Position numbers and translations under genes: made by a program | Source: an uncultured Spirochaetaceae bacterium | GTDB lineage: Bacteria; Spirochaetota; Spirochaetia; DTKZ01 | Assembly (NCBI GenBank): GCA_964397655.1 | Contig: CAYNKA010000014.1 | Coordinates: 23,234 to 87,233 of the forward strand | DNA length: 64,000 bases | Direction: 5' to 3' | Shown here: one piece after another, positions 18,741 to 27,311 of the stretch | Numbering within the stretch: position 1 is the first letter of the stretch | Layout: the number at the start of each line of letters is the position of its first letter | Notes under the pieces: model-generated | The model's database searches: none | What the model was told of the DNA's origin: nothing | The model's input: the letters and a program-made list of their open reading frames with translations, nothing else

Positions 18741-19895
18741 CTAGCTCATCGAGGCCGCGCCGAGCCATCGGTCGAAGGCCTCGGTCGCAACGACGCCGAG
18801 GGCCCGGTCCAGGGTGAGGACGATCTGGTTCCCGCCCGCGGCCGCGGCGAGCTCGGTGAACCTTTTCCGCTCGCGCTCGGCCTCCTTCGCCTGCTCGTCC
18901 TCCGGCAGGGGAGTGAAGGCCTCCTCTCCGTCGAGCCGATATCCGTCGAGTGTTTTCACGCCCTCCGCCGGAACGCCGAAGCCTTCCTCCGCGATCCTGA
19001 AAACGATCTGCGTGTAGTCGATCCCGAGCCTCGAAAACCTGGCGAGGGCTTCGGAAGCGCCTTCGTCGGTGGGGACTCCGTCGGTGAAGAGGAGGACCGT
19101 CGAAGGGACGTCTCTCGTCCGGTCATGGAGGACTTTCTTCACGAAGGTCTCGTAGCGCGTTTCCCGTCTTGCAATCATGCAATCCGAGTAGCGCGGCTCG
19201 ATCGGGACGCAGACGTCGGAAAAGGCGTACCAGAACGCCTCCGCGCGGGGGAACAGCTTCGAGAACCAGCCGTCGAAAAAGGCGAGCGTGTCCCGTACTA
19301 TGGAATCCCGGCCCGAGGCCTTCATGCTGTAGGAACAGTCCGCGACGACGTGGAGGCGGAAGGGACCTGTCTCGGGAAAGCGGAACTTCTTCGCTGCCTC
19401 TCCCGTGAGAACGTCGGTCACCGCGACCGCGGCAGCCAGGTCGCCCAGAAGGCTCGGCCTCTTTCCCGGGGAGTCGAAGACGCGGATCCCGCTCGCCCAG
19501 TGGTCGAGGATGAGACAGTCGCGGCGGACGAGATAGCTTTCGAGGGCCGATGAGGCGGCCGTATCCTTTCCGGTAAGCTCTTCCTTGCGCGACAGGAATT
19601 CCGAACGAAAGGCGTTCAACCTTCCGACGCGTCGCGAGAGATCAGCGAGGAAATCCGATATCTCCGCAGGCGAAAGGGCGTCGTCGGCCGGAGGGTACAC
19701 GTAGACGCTCCTGCCTTCGAGGAACCGGTAACGGTTCCTGATCTCGTCGAGGAGTCTGGGCGTCAGGACGGGAAATTCCCGAAGTTCCGGCGGCACCGAA
19801 CCGTCGATCGTCACGCCGCCCGCGTAGACCATTCCGGGATCGAGATTCCGCCAATAGACGGCCTTCAGTTTCGGGAGACCGGTCAGATCGAACAT
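18741..19895 (-). CDS. von Willebrand factor type A domain protein
   Basis: MIDAS-like DxSxS (ADCSYSM) and a downstream LLFTDGVPTD motif. Confidence 0.5.
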   Translation of the reverse strand: MFDLTGLPKLKAVYWRNLDPGMVYAGGVTIDGSVPPELREFPVLTPRLLDEIRNRYRFLEGRSVYVYPPADDALSPAEISDFLADLSRRVGRLNAFRSEFLSRKEELTGKDTAASSALESYLVRRDCLILDHWASGIRVFDSPGKRPSLLGDLAAAVAVTDVLTGEAAKKFRFPETGPFRLHVVADCSYSMKASGRDSIVRDTLAFFDGWFSKLFPRAEAFWYAFSDVCVPIEPRYSDCMIARRETRYETFVKKVLHDRTRDVPSTVLLFTDGVPTDEGASEALARFSRLGIDYTQIVFRIAEEGFGVPAEGVKTLDGYRLDGEEAFTPLPEDEQAKEAERERKRFTELAAAAGGNQIVLTLDRALGVVATEAFDRWLGAASMS

Positions 19896-19967
19896 CCGAA
19901 GGAAATTATAAGTCCCCGGCCTCGTACGGGCAAGGGCCCGAAACTCGGCCGTCGGACCGTCCTTCCC

Positions 19968-21554
19968 TCAGTAATCCGAGGTGAAAAAGTAGGTTACTCC
20001 CTTTTCCTCTTCCATGGTCCGGTCTATCATCCAACGGTTCCTCGCGAGGAATACGAGCCTTTCCTCGCGGTCGCGGCAGAGTTTCTGTCCGTGGCGTCGG
20101 ACGAAGTCGTCCTGAGTCTTCTTGTCGTCGAACTTGAGCCAGCAGGCGCAGGCGTAGTCCGAGAGGTCGAACCGGCAGAGGGCCTTGTACTCGTTCTCGA
20201 GCCTGAACTGGAGCACGTCGAACTGGAGGGCGCCGACCACGCCGACGAGCTTGTCCGGCGTGGTGAGCCGCGAAAAGAGCTGGATGACGCCTTCCTCCGC
20301 GAGCTGTTCGAGTCCCTTGTTGAGCTGCTTGGATTTCATGGGATCGAGGTTCACCACCGCCTTGAAGATCTGCGGAGCGAAGCTCGGGATGCCGATGAAT
20401 TTGATCTCCTCTCCCTCGGTCACGGAGTCCCCGATCTTGAAGGTTCCGGTGTCGTGGAGTCCGATGATGTCGCCGGGATAGGCCTCGTCGATCACGGTAC
20501 GGTCTTGGGCCATGAAGGCCGTGGGATTCGCGGTCTTGAAGGGCTTGCCGGACCTCACGTGCAGGTAGCTCTTGTTCCGTTCGAACACGCCCGAGCAGAC
20601 CCGCATGAAGGCGATCCTGTCCCGGTGCCGGGGGTCGAGGTTCGCGTGGATCTTGAACACGAGGCCGGAGAATTTCTCGGCGTAGGGCGAAATTTCGTTC
20701 CCGCCCTCGACCGGCCGAGGCCTCGGCGGCGGCGCGATGTCCACGAAGCAGTCGAGGAGTTCCCGTACGCCGAAGTTGTTGAGAGCGCTGCCGAAGAAGA
20801 CCGGAGTCTGATGGCCCTCGAGGTAGGCCTCCTTGTCGAAGGCGGGGTACACGCCCCGGATCATCTCGACCTCCTCGCGCAGCCTGGCGGCGAGGCTGCC
20901 CGCGACCTGGTCGAGCCTGGGGTCCGAGAGGTCTTCGATCTCGACGACGCCCGATCCCTCCTGCTTGCCGTGCGGATCGAAGAGGATGAGCCTCTTCTCG
21001 TAGATGCTGTAGACTCCCTTGAATTCCTTCCCGCGCCCGACGGGCCAGCTCATGGGACAGACGATGATGCCGAGCTCCTTCTCCACCTCGTCGAGGAGTT
21101 CGACCGGCTCCCGGCCCTCACGGTCCATCTTGTTCATGAAGGTGATGATCGGCGTCTTACGCATGGCGCAGATCTCACAGAGCTTTCGGGTCCGCTCCTC
21201 GACGCCCTTCACCGAGTCGATGACCATGAGGGCGCTGTCCACCGCGGTGAGCGTGCGGTAGGTGTCCTCGGAAAAGTCCGCATGGCCCGGCGTGTCGAGG
21301 AGGTTCACCTTGCGGCCTCGGTACTCGAAGCCCATGACCGAGGTCGATATGGATATGCCCCTTTCCTGTTCGAGCTCCATGAAGTCCGAAACCGTTTTCC
21401 GGGTATTCTTCTTCGATTTGACGGCGCCGGCCACGTGAATCGCGCCTCCGAAAAGGAGGAGCTTCTCCGTGATAGTGGTCTTGCCCGCGTCGGGATGGCT
21501 GATGATGGCGAAGGTCAGCCGCCTTTCGATTTCGATCTTTTGCTGATTTGTCAT
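19968..21554 (-). CDS. prfC: peptide chain release factor 3
   Basis: 528 aa. G-domain motifs AIISHPDAGKTT, DTPGH, NKMD and the RF3 C-terminal domains. Confidence 0.9.
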   Translation of the reverse strand: MTNQQKIEIERRLTFAIISHPDAGKTTITEKLLLFGGAIHVAGAVKSKKNTRKTVSDFMELEQERGISISTSVMGFEYRGRKVNLLDTPGHADFSEDTYRTLTAVDSALMVIDSVKGVEERTRKLCEICAMRKTPIITFMNKMDREGREPVELLDEVEKELGIIVCPMSWPVGRGKEFKGVYSIYEKRLILFDPHGKQEGSGVVEIEDLSDPRLDQVAGSLAARLREEVEMIRGVYPAFDKEAYLEGHQTPVFFGSALNNFGVRELLDCFVDIAPPPRPRPVEGGNEISPYAEKFSGLVFKIHANLDPRHRDRIAFMRVCSGVFERNKSYLHVRSGKPFKTANPTAFMAQDRTVIDEAYPGDIIGLHDTGTFKIGDSVTEGEEIKFIGIPSFAPQIFKAVVNLDPMKSKQLNKGLEQLAEEGVIQLFSRLTTPDKLVGVVGALQFDVLQFRLENEYKALCRFDLSDYACACWLKFDDKKTQDDFVRRHGQKLCRDREERLVFLARNRWMIDRTMEEEKGVTYFFTSDY

Positions 21555-21631
21555 GCAGGATGACAGAATACGGTTCAGGCGGCCTTCGTGTCAAGATTTC
21601 AGCCGATTCGATCTCTAAAAAGCCAAAAACC

Positions 21632-22822
21632 TCAACCCTTTCCGCACGAATAAACGATGTACTTTTCGCCGATTCGTTCATGGACCACCCGGGAAAAGAG
21701 GCTCCTGAGCACGCCGAGGTAGCCGAGGTGGGAGTTCGCAACGACGAGGAATTCGCCGCCCCGCGCGAGGACGCGAGCCGCGTCCCTGAACATTCCCAAG
21801 GCCGGAGATAGGGAGATTTCCCGTCTCGCGTGGAACGGGGGATTGCACAGAACGAGGTCGGCGGACAGGGGAGGGAAGGAGTCGAGCCGGTTCCCCCAGA
21901 CGAAGGTCCCCCGTTCCTCGATCCCGTTCAGCCGGAAGCCGAGCCTGGCCGACTCCACGGCGAGGAAGGACTCGTCCGCGAGGGAAACTTGGCACCGAGG
22001 CCAGCGCAGGGCCGCCGCGATACCGAGGACGCCCGCCCCGCACCCGAGGTCCACGACGCGGTCCGGACTTCCCCCGCCCAGGCGCGAAAGGAGGGCCCGG
22101 GTGCCCGCGTCTATGCCGCCCTGGGAAAACACCCCGGCGTGCTGCACGAACTTCAGTCCGGTTTCCCGGTCCTCGACGATTTTCGGATACTCCGGGGCCG
22201 AAACTGCTCGTTCGTCCCCCGGAGCGGTCCGATCCCGAAACCGGGAAAAGATCAGCCTCGCCTTCTTCGCCGCGAGCGACGTCCTGACGAGCCCGAACCG
22301 CTTTTCGAAAAGCTCCAGGGTCGAGCGGTGGATGTCCTTCGTCATTCCCGCGCCCAGGACGAACGCGCCCGGAGCGAGCAGCCCTTCCAGAAGCCCGAGC
22401 TCGTAATCCAGGAGAGAGAGCGTCTTGGGGACCTTGATCACGCAGAAGGTGAAGCCGGAACGGGAGGTTTCGCCGGGACAAAAAAGGTCGAGACGCTCGG
22501 GCCTGCATCCGTTCCGTTCTCGGTTGAGTCCGATGGCTCGGGCGCTCGTGAACGAATCGGTCATGGTCGCGGGGCCCAGGTCGGCGAGCCCGAGGGTGAG
22601 CGCGCCGAAGGAATCGTTCACGACGAGGACCTCGTCGAAGGACACCGGACCTTCCGGTTCCGCGGACCCTCCGGCGGCCCCTGAGCCGCCCCGCCGGAGT
22701 TCGGCGATCTTCCCGAGGGCCAACTCGTCTGCGGCGTCCCAGGCCTGGAGAGAAGGATGATCGTCTTCCTCGATCCTGCCCAGCGAAAGAGGTCCCGAAG
22801 GTGATTCAAAATTCTTGACCAT
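21632..22822 (-). CDS. rRNA (guanine-N2-)-methyltransferase, RlmG/RsmC-like
   Basis: N-terminal NDSFGAL motif, Rossmann VVDLGCGAGVLG and the catalytic NPPFH. The start is placed at the internal ATG (MVKNF). The N-terminal 120 aa of the track ORF would overlap pth. Confidence 0.6.
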   Translation of the reverse strand: MVKNFESPSGPLSLGRIEEDDHPSLQAWDAADELALGKIAELRRGGSGAAGGSAEPEGPVSFDEVLVVNDSFGALTLGLADLGPATMTDSFTSARAIGLNRERNGCRPERLDLFCPGETSRSGFTFCVIKVPKTLSLLDYELGLLEGLLAPGAFVLGAGMTKDIHRSTLELFEKRFGLVRTSLAAKKARLIFSRFRDRTAPGDERAVSAPEYPKIVEDRETGLKFVQHAGVFSQGGIDAGTRALLSRLGGGSPDRVVDLGCGAGVLGIAAALRWPRCQVSLADESFLAVESARLGFRLNGIEERGTFVWGNRLDSFPPLSADLVLCNPPFHARREISLSPALGMFRDAARVLARGGEFLVVANSHLGYLGVLRSLFSRVVHERIGEKYIVYSCGKG

Positions 22823-22841
22823 ACCGGTATAGTGGAGAAAC

Positions 22842-23420
22842 ATGATACGATTAATCGCCCTACTTGGAAACCCCGGCAGGGAATACGAGGCGACCCGCCA
22901 CAACGCCGCCTGGCTTCTCGCCGAACGCCTGAGTTTTTCCGGGAACCTCTCCTGGCAGGAGAAATTCAAGGGACGGTACGCCTCGTTTAGGGACGGGGAT
23001 AGGATCATCCACCTTCTCAAGCCGGAAACCTTCATGAATCTGAGCGGAGAGGCGGTGCAGAGATTTCTCGCGTTCTTCAAGATCGGGGCGGACGAACTCC
23101 TCGCGGTCCACGACGAGATCGAGCTGCCCTTCGGAACCGTCGGCATGCGGCTCGGCGGCGGCCTCGGCGGCCACAACGGCCTCAAATCCGTCGCTTCAGC
23201 CCTCGGGACCAGGGATTTCTACCGGTTCAGGATCGGCGTATCCAGGCCGAAACGCGGGGACGTCGCTTCCTACGTTCTTTCCAGGTTTTCCAAGGAGGAG
23301 GAACCCCTCCTGGACGACTATCTTCGCCGCGCCGCTTCCATCGTCGAGGACGCCGCGAGAAAGGACCCGGCGAAGGTCGCCGCCGCCTGCGCCAAGGTAG
23401 AGCTGATCCCTTTTTCCTGA
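22842..23420 (+). CDS. pth: peptidyl-tRNA hydrolase
   Basis: 192 aa with LIALLGNPG...HNG...HNGLKS. Confidence 0.9.
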   Translation: MIRLIALLGNPGREYEATRHNAAWLLAERLSFSGNLSWQEKFKGRYASFRDGDRIIHLLKPETFMNLSGEAVQRFLAFFKIGADELLAVHDEIELPFGTVGMRLGGGLGGHNGLKSVASALGTRDFYRFRIGVSRPKRGDVASYVLSRFSKEEEPLLDDYLRRAASIVEDAARKDPAKVAAACAKVELIPFS

Positions 23421-23538
23421 CACAGCCTCAACCACCCGCGGTCGATGCGCCGATCCGGGCAGCCTGGGCCGGGCCCTCCGAACCGCACGTCGCGGACCGC
23501 GCCCTAAGACGCGCGAAGCCCGGAGGCGACGAACGGTC

Positions 23539-24132
23539 TCAGCTCGACAGCCTGGTTCTTCCTCGGAGGGATCGTGCGAGGGTGAGGCGGTCGGCGTATT
23601 CGAGGTCGCCTCCCACGGGCAGGCCCAGGGCGAGGCGCGAAACCCTCACGCCGAGCGGTTCGAGAAGCTTCACGATGTAAAGCGCGGTGGTGTCGCCTTC
23701 CACGGTGGGATTGGTCGCGAGAATGACTTCGTTCACGGAATGCCGCCTGATGCGTTCGACGAGCTTGCCGATCGTGAGGTCTTCCGGACCAACTCCGTCC
23801 AGCGGGGAGATCACGCCCTTGAGCACGTGATAGAGTCCTCGGTATTCCTTCGTCGCCTCGAGAACCGTGACGTCCTGGGGCTGCTCGACGACGCAGACCA
23901 CCCCGCGGTCACGACCGGGATCGGAGCAGACCGGGCAGGGATCGTCTTCTGTGTAGGTGCCGCACTCGGAGCAGGCCTTCACCCGGTCGCGCGCCTGGAG
24001 GATGGAGGAGGCCAGGTCCGATACGAAGGCGGGATCCGCCCGAAGGAGGTAATAGGCGATCCGGGCGGCGCTCTTCTTTCCGATGCCGGGAAGCCTGGAA
24101 AGCGAATTGACGAGCCCTTCGAGCGCCTTCAC
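23539..24132 (-). CDS. recR: recombination protein RecR
   Basis: 197 aa with the C4 zinc finger CSECGTY...CPVC and a Toprim domain. Confidence 0.9.
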   Translation of the reverse strand: MKALEGLVNSLSRLPGIGKKSAARIAYYLLRADPAFVSDLASSILQARDRVKACSECGTYTEDDPCPVCSDPGRDRGVVCVVEQPQDVTVLEATKEYRGLYHVLKGVISPLDGVGPEDLTIGKLVERIRRHSVNEVILATNPTVEGDTTALYIVKLLEPLGVRVSRLALGLPVGGDLEYADRLTLARSLRGRTRLSS

Positions 24133-24134
24133 GA

Positions 24135-24458
24135 TCAGAATCCCATGAATCCGGGGGGAAGACCCATTCCGCCGGTGATGCTCGTCATCTGCTCGCGGAT
24201 CGCCTCCTTGATCTTGGTGAGGGCGTCCTGCATGGCCGCTCGGACCAGGACCTGAAGCATATCCGCGTCACGGGGATCCACGGCCTCGGCGCCTATCTTC
24301 ACGTTCAGGACTTCGAGCTGGCCGTTCATCTCCACGCTTACCATGTCGCCGCCGGCCGAACCGGTGACCTTGAGTTCCTTGAGCTTCTCCTGGGCCTCGG
24401 CCAGCTTGGCCTGGATGTTCTGGAAATTTTTCATGAGTTCGAAAGGATTGATGTTCAC
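24135..24458 (-). CDS. ybaB: nucleoid-associated protein YbaB/EbfC
   Basis: 107 aa. Typical YbaB sequence in the conserved dnaX-ybaB-recR arrangement. Confidence 0.85.
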   Translation of the reverse strand: MNINPFELMKNFQNIQAKLAEAQEKLKELKVTGSAGGDMVSVEMNGQLEVLNVKIGAEAVDPRDADMLQVLVRAAMQDALTKIKEAIREQMTSITGGMGLPPGFMGF

Positions 24459-24469
24459 GCGATCCTCTT

Positions 24470-26092
24470 TTACTTGACGACTTCGCCGCGAAAGACCTTC
24501 TTGATCATCTCCACCCGTTCGTCGTCTTCCTGCGTCCGCGGAGGCTCCTCGGACGCCTCCCTCGGCCCGCCGACCTTAACGGAGAGCCTGAATTCCCTTC
24601 CGAGCGTTTCCTTGATCTGCAGGGCGATGAAATGAAGGTCTTGGTTCACGAAATCGGCGGAGAATTTGTTGTCGAACTCCAGGACGAGCTCGTCGCCCGC
24701 CGCCTTCCAATCCATCGCCTTTTCCAGGGCGGAACTCAACGCGAGCTTCTTCTTTCTCACCGCCTGGATGATCGCGGCCCTCCGTTCGGGGGAAATCCCG
24801 CCTTCCGCGGACGCCGACGCCGGATCCGCGGGACTGCCGGACCCTTCCAGCTCCGGATTCCCGTCCTCGCCGCCTTCGGCCGAGGCGGTCTCCGCGGCCT
24901 GCGGGTCCCCGGCCGCCGGCTCGCTCCCAACCGAGGCGACCGCGAAGCCGGTCCTGAGCTCCTTCCGGAGCGTCTGGATCTTCTCGAGGAGAAGTTCCCT
25001 GCTCAGGTAATTCCTGAGCTCGGCGAGCCTGCTCACCGCGAGCTCGATTTCGAACCGGGGATTGAGAGAGTAGCGCAGGTTCCGGTAGAGATCGAGGAGA
25101 AGCGAGAGAGCGCGTTCGAGCTGTCTCGGTTGGAACGAGTCGAGGACCTTCCGGGAAAATCGTTCCGGACTGTACCCGAGGAGCGATTCTTTCCTGATTC
25201 CCTGCTTGAGGAAGAGGATGTTCCGGAAATATTCGGAAAGGTCGATGGCGAGCTGTTCGATGGAAACCCCGGAGGAGAAGACCTCGTCGAGGATCTCCAT
25301 CGCTTCCCGGTGTTTTCCCTCCGCGAGGAGTTCGCCGATCTCGTTCATCCTGTCGAGCCCGAGGATCCCGAGCTTCTCCCTGATCTTCTTCGCCGTGATC
25401 TCGCCCTCGGAAAAGGACACCACCTGGTCGAAGAGCGTATAGGCGTCGCGGAGGGAGCCGGTTGATTCCTTCGCGATCCAGAGCAAGGCGTCGTCCTCCG
25501 CCGCCAGCTTCATTTCGTCGCAGAGTCCCCGAAGGAGTCCCTTGATCGTATCGATGGGGATGAGCCTGAAGTTGAACTGCTGGCAGCGGGAACGGATGGT
25601 GGCCGGCACCTTGTGGATTTCCGTAGTCGCGAAGACGAAGACGATGTAGGGAGGAGGCTCCTCGATGGTCTTGAGCAGTGCGTTGAACGCGCTGTTCGAG
25701 AGCATGTGGACTTCGTCGATGATGTAGATCTTGTAACGGCTCGAATTCGGGGCGAAGAGGACCTCGTCCTTGATCTCACGTACGTCGTTCACCGAGGTAT
25801 TGGAGGCACCGTCGATCTCGATCACGTCGAGCGAGTTCCCCTTGGCGATCTCGAGGCAGTTCGGGCAGACTCCGCAGGGCTCGTCCGTCGGGCCCTTGAC
25901 GCAGTTGAGCGCCTTCGCGAGGATCCTCGCGGCCGAGGTCTTTCCGACGCCGCGGGGACCGGAAAACAGGTAGGCATGGGCTATCCTGCCGGTTTTAATG
26001 GAGTTCTTCAGGGTCGCTACGACGAATTCCTGGCCGGCCAATGAATCGAAGGAGGCGGGTCGTTTTCTCGTCGCGGTCACTTCATACGACAT
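24470..26092 (-). CDS. dnaX: DNA polymerase III subunits gamma/tau
   Basis: 540 aa. AAA+ domain (GPRGVGKTS, DEVHML) and the zinc module CGVCPNC. Confidence 0.9.
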   Translation of the reverse strand: MSYEVTATRKRPASFDSLAGQEFVVATLKNSIKTGRIAHAYLFSGPRGVGKTSAARILAKALNCVKGPTDEPCGVCPNCLEIAKGNSLDVIEIDGASNTSVNDVREIKDEVLFAPNSSRYKIYIIDEVHMLSNSAFNALLKTIEEPPPYIVFVFATTEIHKVPATIRSRCQQFNFRLIPIDTIKGLLRGLCDEMKLAAEDDALLWIAKESTGSLRDAYTLFDQVVSFSEGEITAKKIREKLGILGLDRMNEIGELLAEGKHREAMEILDEVFSSGVSIEQLAIDLSEYFRNILFLKQGIRKESLLGYSPERFSRKVLDSFQPRQLERALSLLLDLYRNLRYSLNPRFEIELAVSRLAELRNYLSRELLLEKIQTLRKELRTGFAVASVGSEPAAGDPQAAETASAEGGEDGNPELEGSGSPADPASASAEGGISPERRAAIIQAVRKKKLALSSALEKAMDWKAAGDELVLEFDNKFSADFVNQDLHFIALQIKETLGREFRLSVKVGGPREASEEPPRTQEDDERVEMIKKVFRGEVVK

Positions 26093-26169
26093 AGGCCATC
26101 CACACCAACAAATATAGTACTCTGTTACCCGGATCGTGACAAACGGTTATTCCGCAGCAGAAAAAAAAT

Positions 26170-26294
26170 CCCCTTTAGCTCCGGCCAAGCCGGCCATGTC
26201 ACATCGGCCAATCACTTACCGCTGCTCCCTTCCGGGCCTGACGGGGTTGGGTGCTGGCTGATTGCACGGAGCCTGACCATCAACGCTAAAGGGG
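26170..26294 (-). ncRNA. ffs: signal recognition particle RNA (small bacterial 4.5S type)
   Basis: The reverse complement contains the domain IV consensus GUCAGGCCCGGAAGGGAGCAGC. It is closed by the terminal helix CCCCUUUAGC/GCUAAAGGGG. It sits immediately upstream of dnaX on the same strand, a common ffs position. Confidence 0.7.
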
Positions 26295-26299
26295 AAATA

Positions 26300-26386
26300 C
26301 GGAGAGAGAGGGATTCGAACCCTCGGTACCCTCACGGATACACACACTTTCCAAGCGTGCTCCTTCGGCCACTCGGACATCTCTCC
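26300..26386 (-). tRNA. tRNA-Ser (anticodon GGA)
   Basis: Reverse complement GGAGAGAUGUCCGAGUGG...CUUGGAAAG...GGUUCGAAUCCC, with a long variable arm. No encoded CCA. Confidence 0.8.
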
Positions 26387-26436
26387 GGGACGAAAACCAG
26401 CGAGCTCACGCTCGCATACTGCACAAAAACCGGATA

Positions 26437-26525
26437 CGGAGAGAGAGGGATTCGAACCCTCGGTACCGCTTACGCGGCACAACGGATTTCGAGTCCGCCC
26501 GATTCGACCGCTCTCGCATCTCTCC
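26437..26525 (-). tRNA. tRNA-Ser (anticodon CGA)
   Basis: Reverse complement GGAGAGAUGCGAGAGCGG...ACUCGAAAU...GGUUCGAAUCCC, with a long variable arm. Confidence 0.8.
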
Positions 26526-26539
26526 ATAAAAAACAAAGC

Positions 26540-26613
26540 CGTGCCCAAGAGGATTCGAACCTCCGACCACCAGATCCGCAATCTGGGACTCTATCCAGCT
26601 GAGCTATGGGCAC
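26540..26613 (-). tRNA. tRNA-Arg (anticodon reads GCG)
   Basis: Reverse complement GUGCCCAUAGCUCAGCUGGAUAGAGU CCAGA UUGCGGA UCUGG ...GGUCGGAGGUUCGAAUCCUC. The body is very similar to E. coli tRNA-Arg(ACG). Confidence 0.7.
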
Positions 26614-26616
26614 ACA

Positions 26617-26704
26617 CGGAGAGGGGGGGATTCGAACCCCCGGTATCCTTTTGGGATACAACTCCTTAGCAGGGAGCCCGATTCGGCCACTCTCGCACCT
26701 CTCC
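26617..26704 (-). tRNA. tRNA-Ser (anticodon GCU)
   Basis: Reverse complement GGAGAGGUGCGAGAGUGGCCGAAUCGGGCUCCCUGCUAAGGAG...GGUUCGAAUCCCCC, with a long variable arm. Confidence 0.8.
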
Positions 26705-26719
26705 ACGCCTTACACTTGC

Positions 26720-26804
26720 CGGAGAAGGTGGGATTCGAACCCACGGAACCTCGCGGTTCAACGGTTTTCAAGACCGCCTCCTTCAACCACTCGGACACCT
26801 CTCC
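26720..26804 (-). tRNA. tRNA-Ser (anticodon UGA)
   Basis: Reverse complement GGAGAGGUGUCCGAGUGGUUGAAGGAGGCGGUCUUGAAAACCG...GGUUCGAAUCCCAC. Confidence 0.8.
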
Positions 26805-26879
26805 ATCTTCGTGCAATACGGGGAGAAACTATAACGGAAGGGGTATCCTTTGTCAATCGCATGGCGCCGATCATGAGCG

Positions 26880-27311
26880 TCATTGTCGGATGTGTTCGGC
26901 GGCGTTTTCCGACATCCGTCTGACGAGCTCGTCGACCCGGGCGTTTTCCTCCGCCGAGAAGCCCCTCCCCAGGATTTCCCGCCATTCGTCGATGACGCCG
27001 GCCACCACGTCGCGCATCTCCTCGCCTCTTCGAGTGGCGTAGAGCCTGTGCACCCGTTTGTCCGCCTCGTCCGCCTCGACCCTGATGTACCCGCGGGCGG
27101 CCAGGGACTTGACCGCCTTGGCCGTCGTTCCCTTGTCGATGACGAGCTCCTCCGAAAGCTCGTCCTGGCTGATTCCGGGCCTCCTCGCAACGCGCATGAT
27201 GAACGGATACTGCCCCGAGCAGAAATCGAAGGATCTCAGTCTCCTCGTGATGAAAATCTGACTGTAACGGTACAAGACGGACACGTACCTGAGAATGCTG
27301 GGTTCACGCAT
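26880..27311 (-). CDS. MarR family transcriptional regulator
   Basis: 143 aa with a winged-HTH. Overlaps the upstream MATE gene. Confidence 0.8.
   Translation of the reverse strand: MREPSILRYVSVLYRYSQIFITRRLRSFDFCSGQYPFIMRVARRPGISQDELSEELVIDKGTTAKAVKSLAARGYIRVEADEADKRVHRLYATRRGEEMRDVVAGVIDEWREILGRGFSAEENARVDELVRRMSENAAEHIRQ

Noticed and set aside
26216-26985. Several 70-135 aa ORFs (26216-26581, 26357-26602, 26470-26706, 26604-26816, 26606-26923, 26758-26985) across the tRNA/SRP RNA array.
   Set aside because: They overlap clearly folded tRNA genes and the SRP RNA. Their translations are low-complexity.
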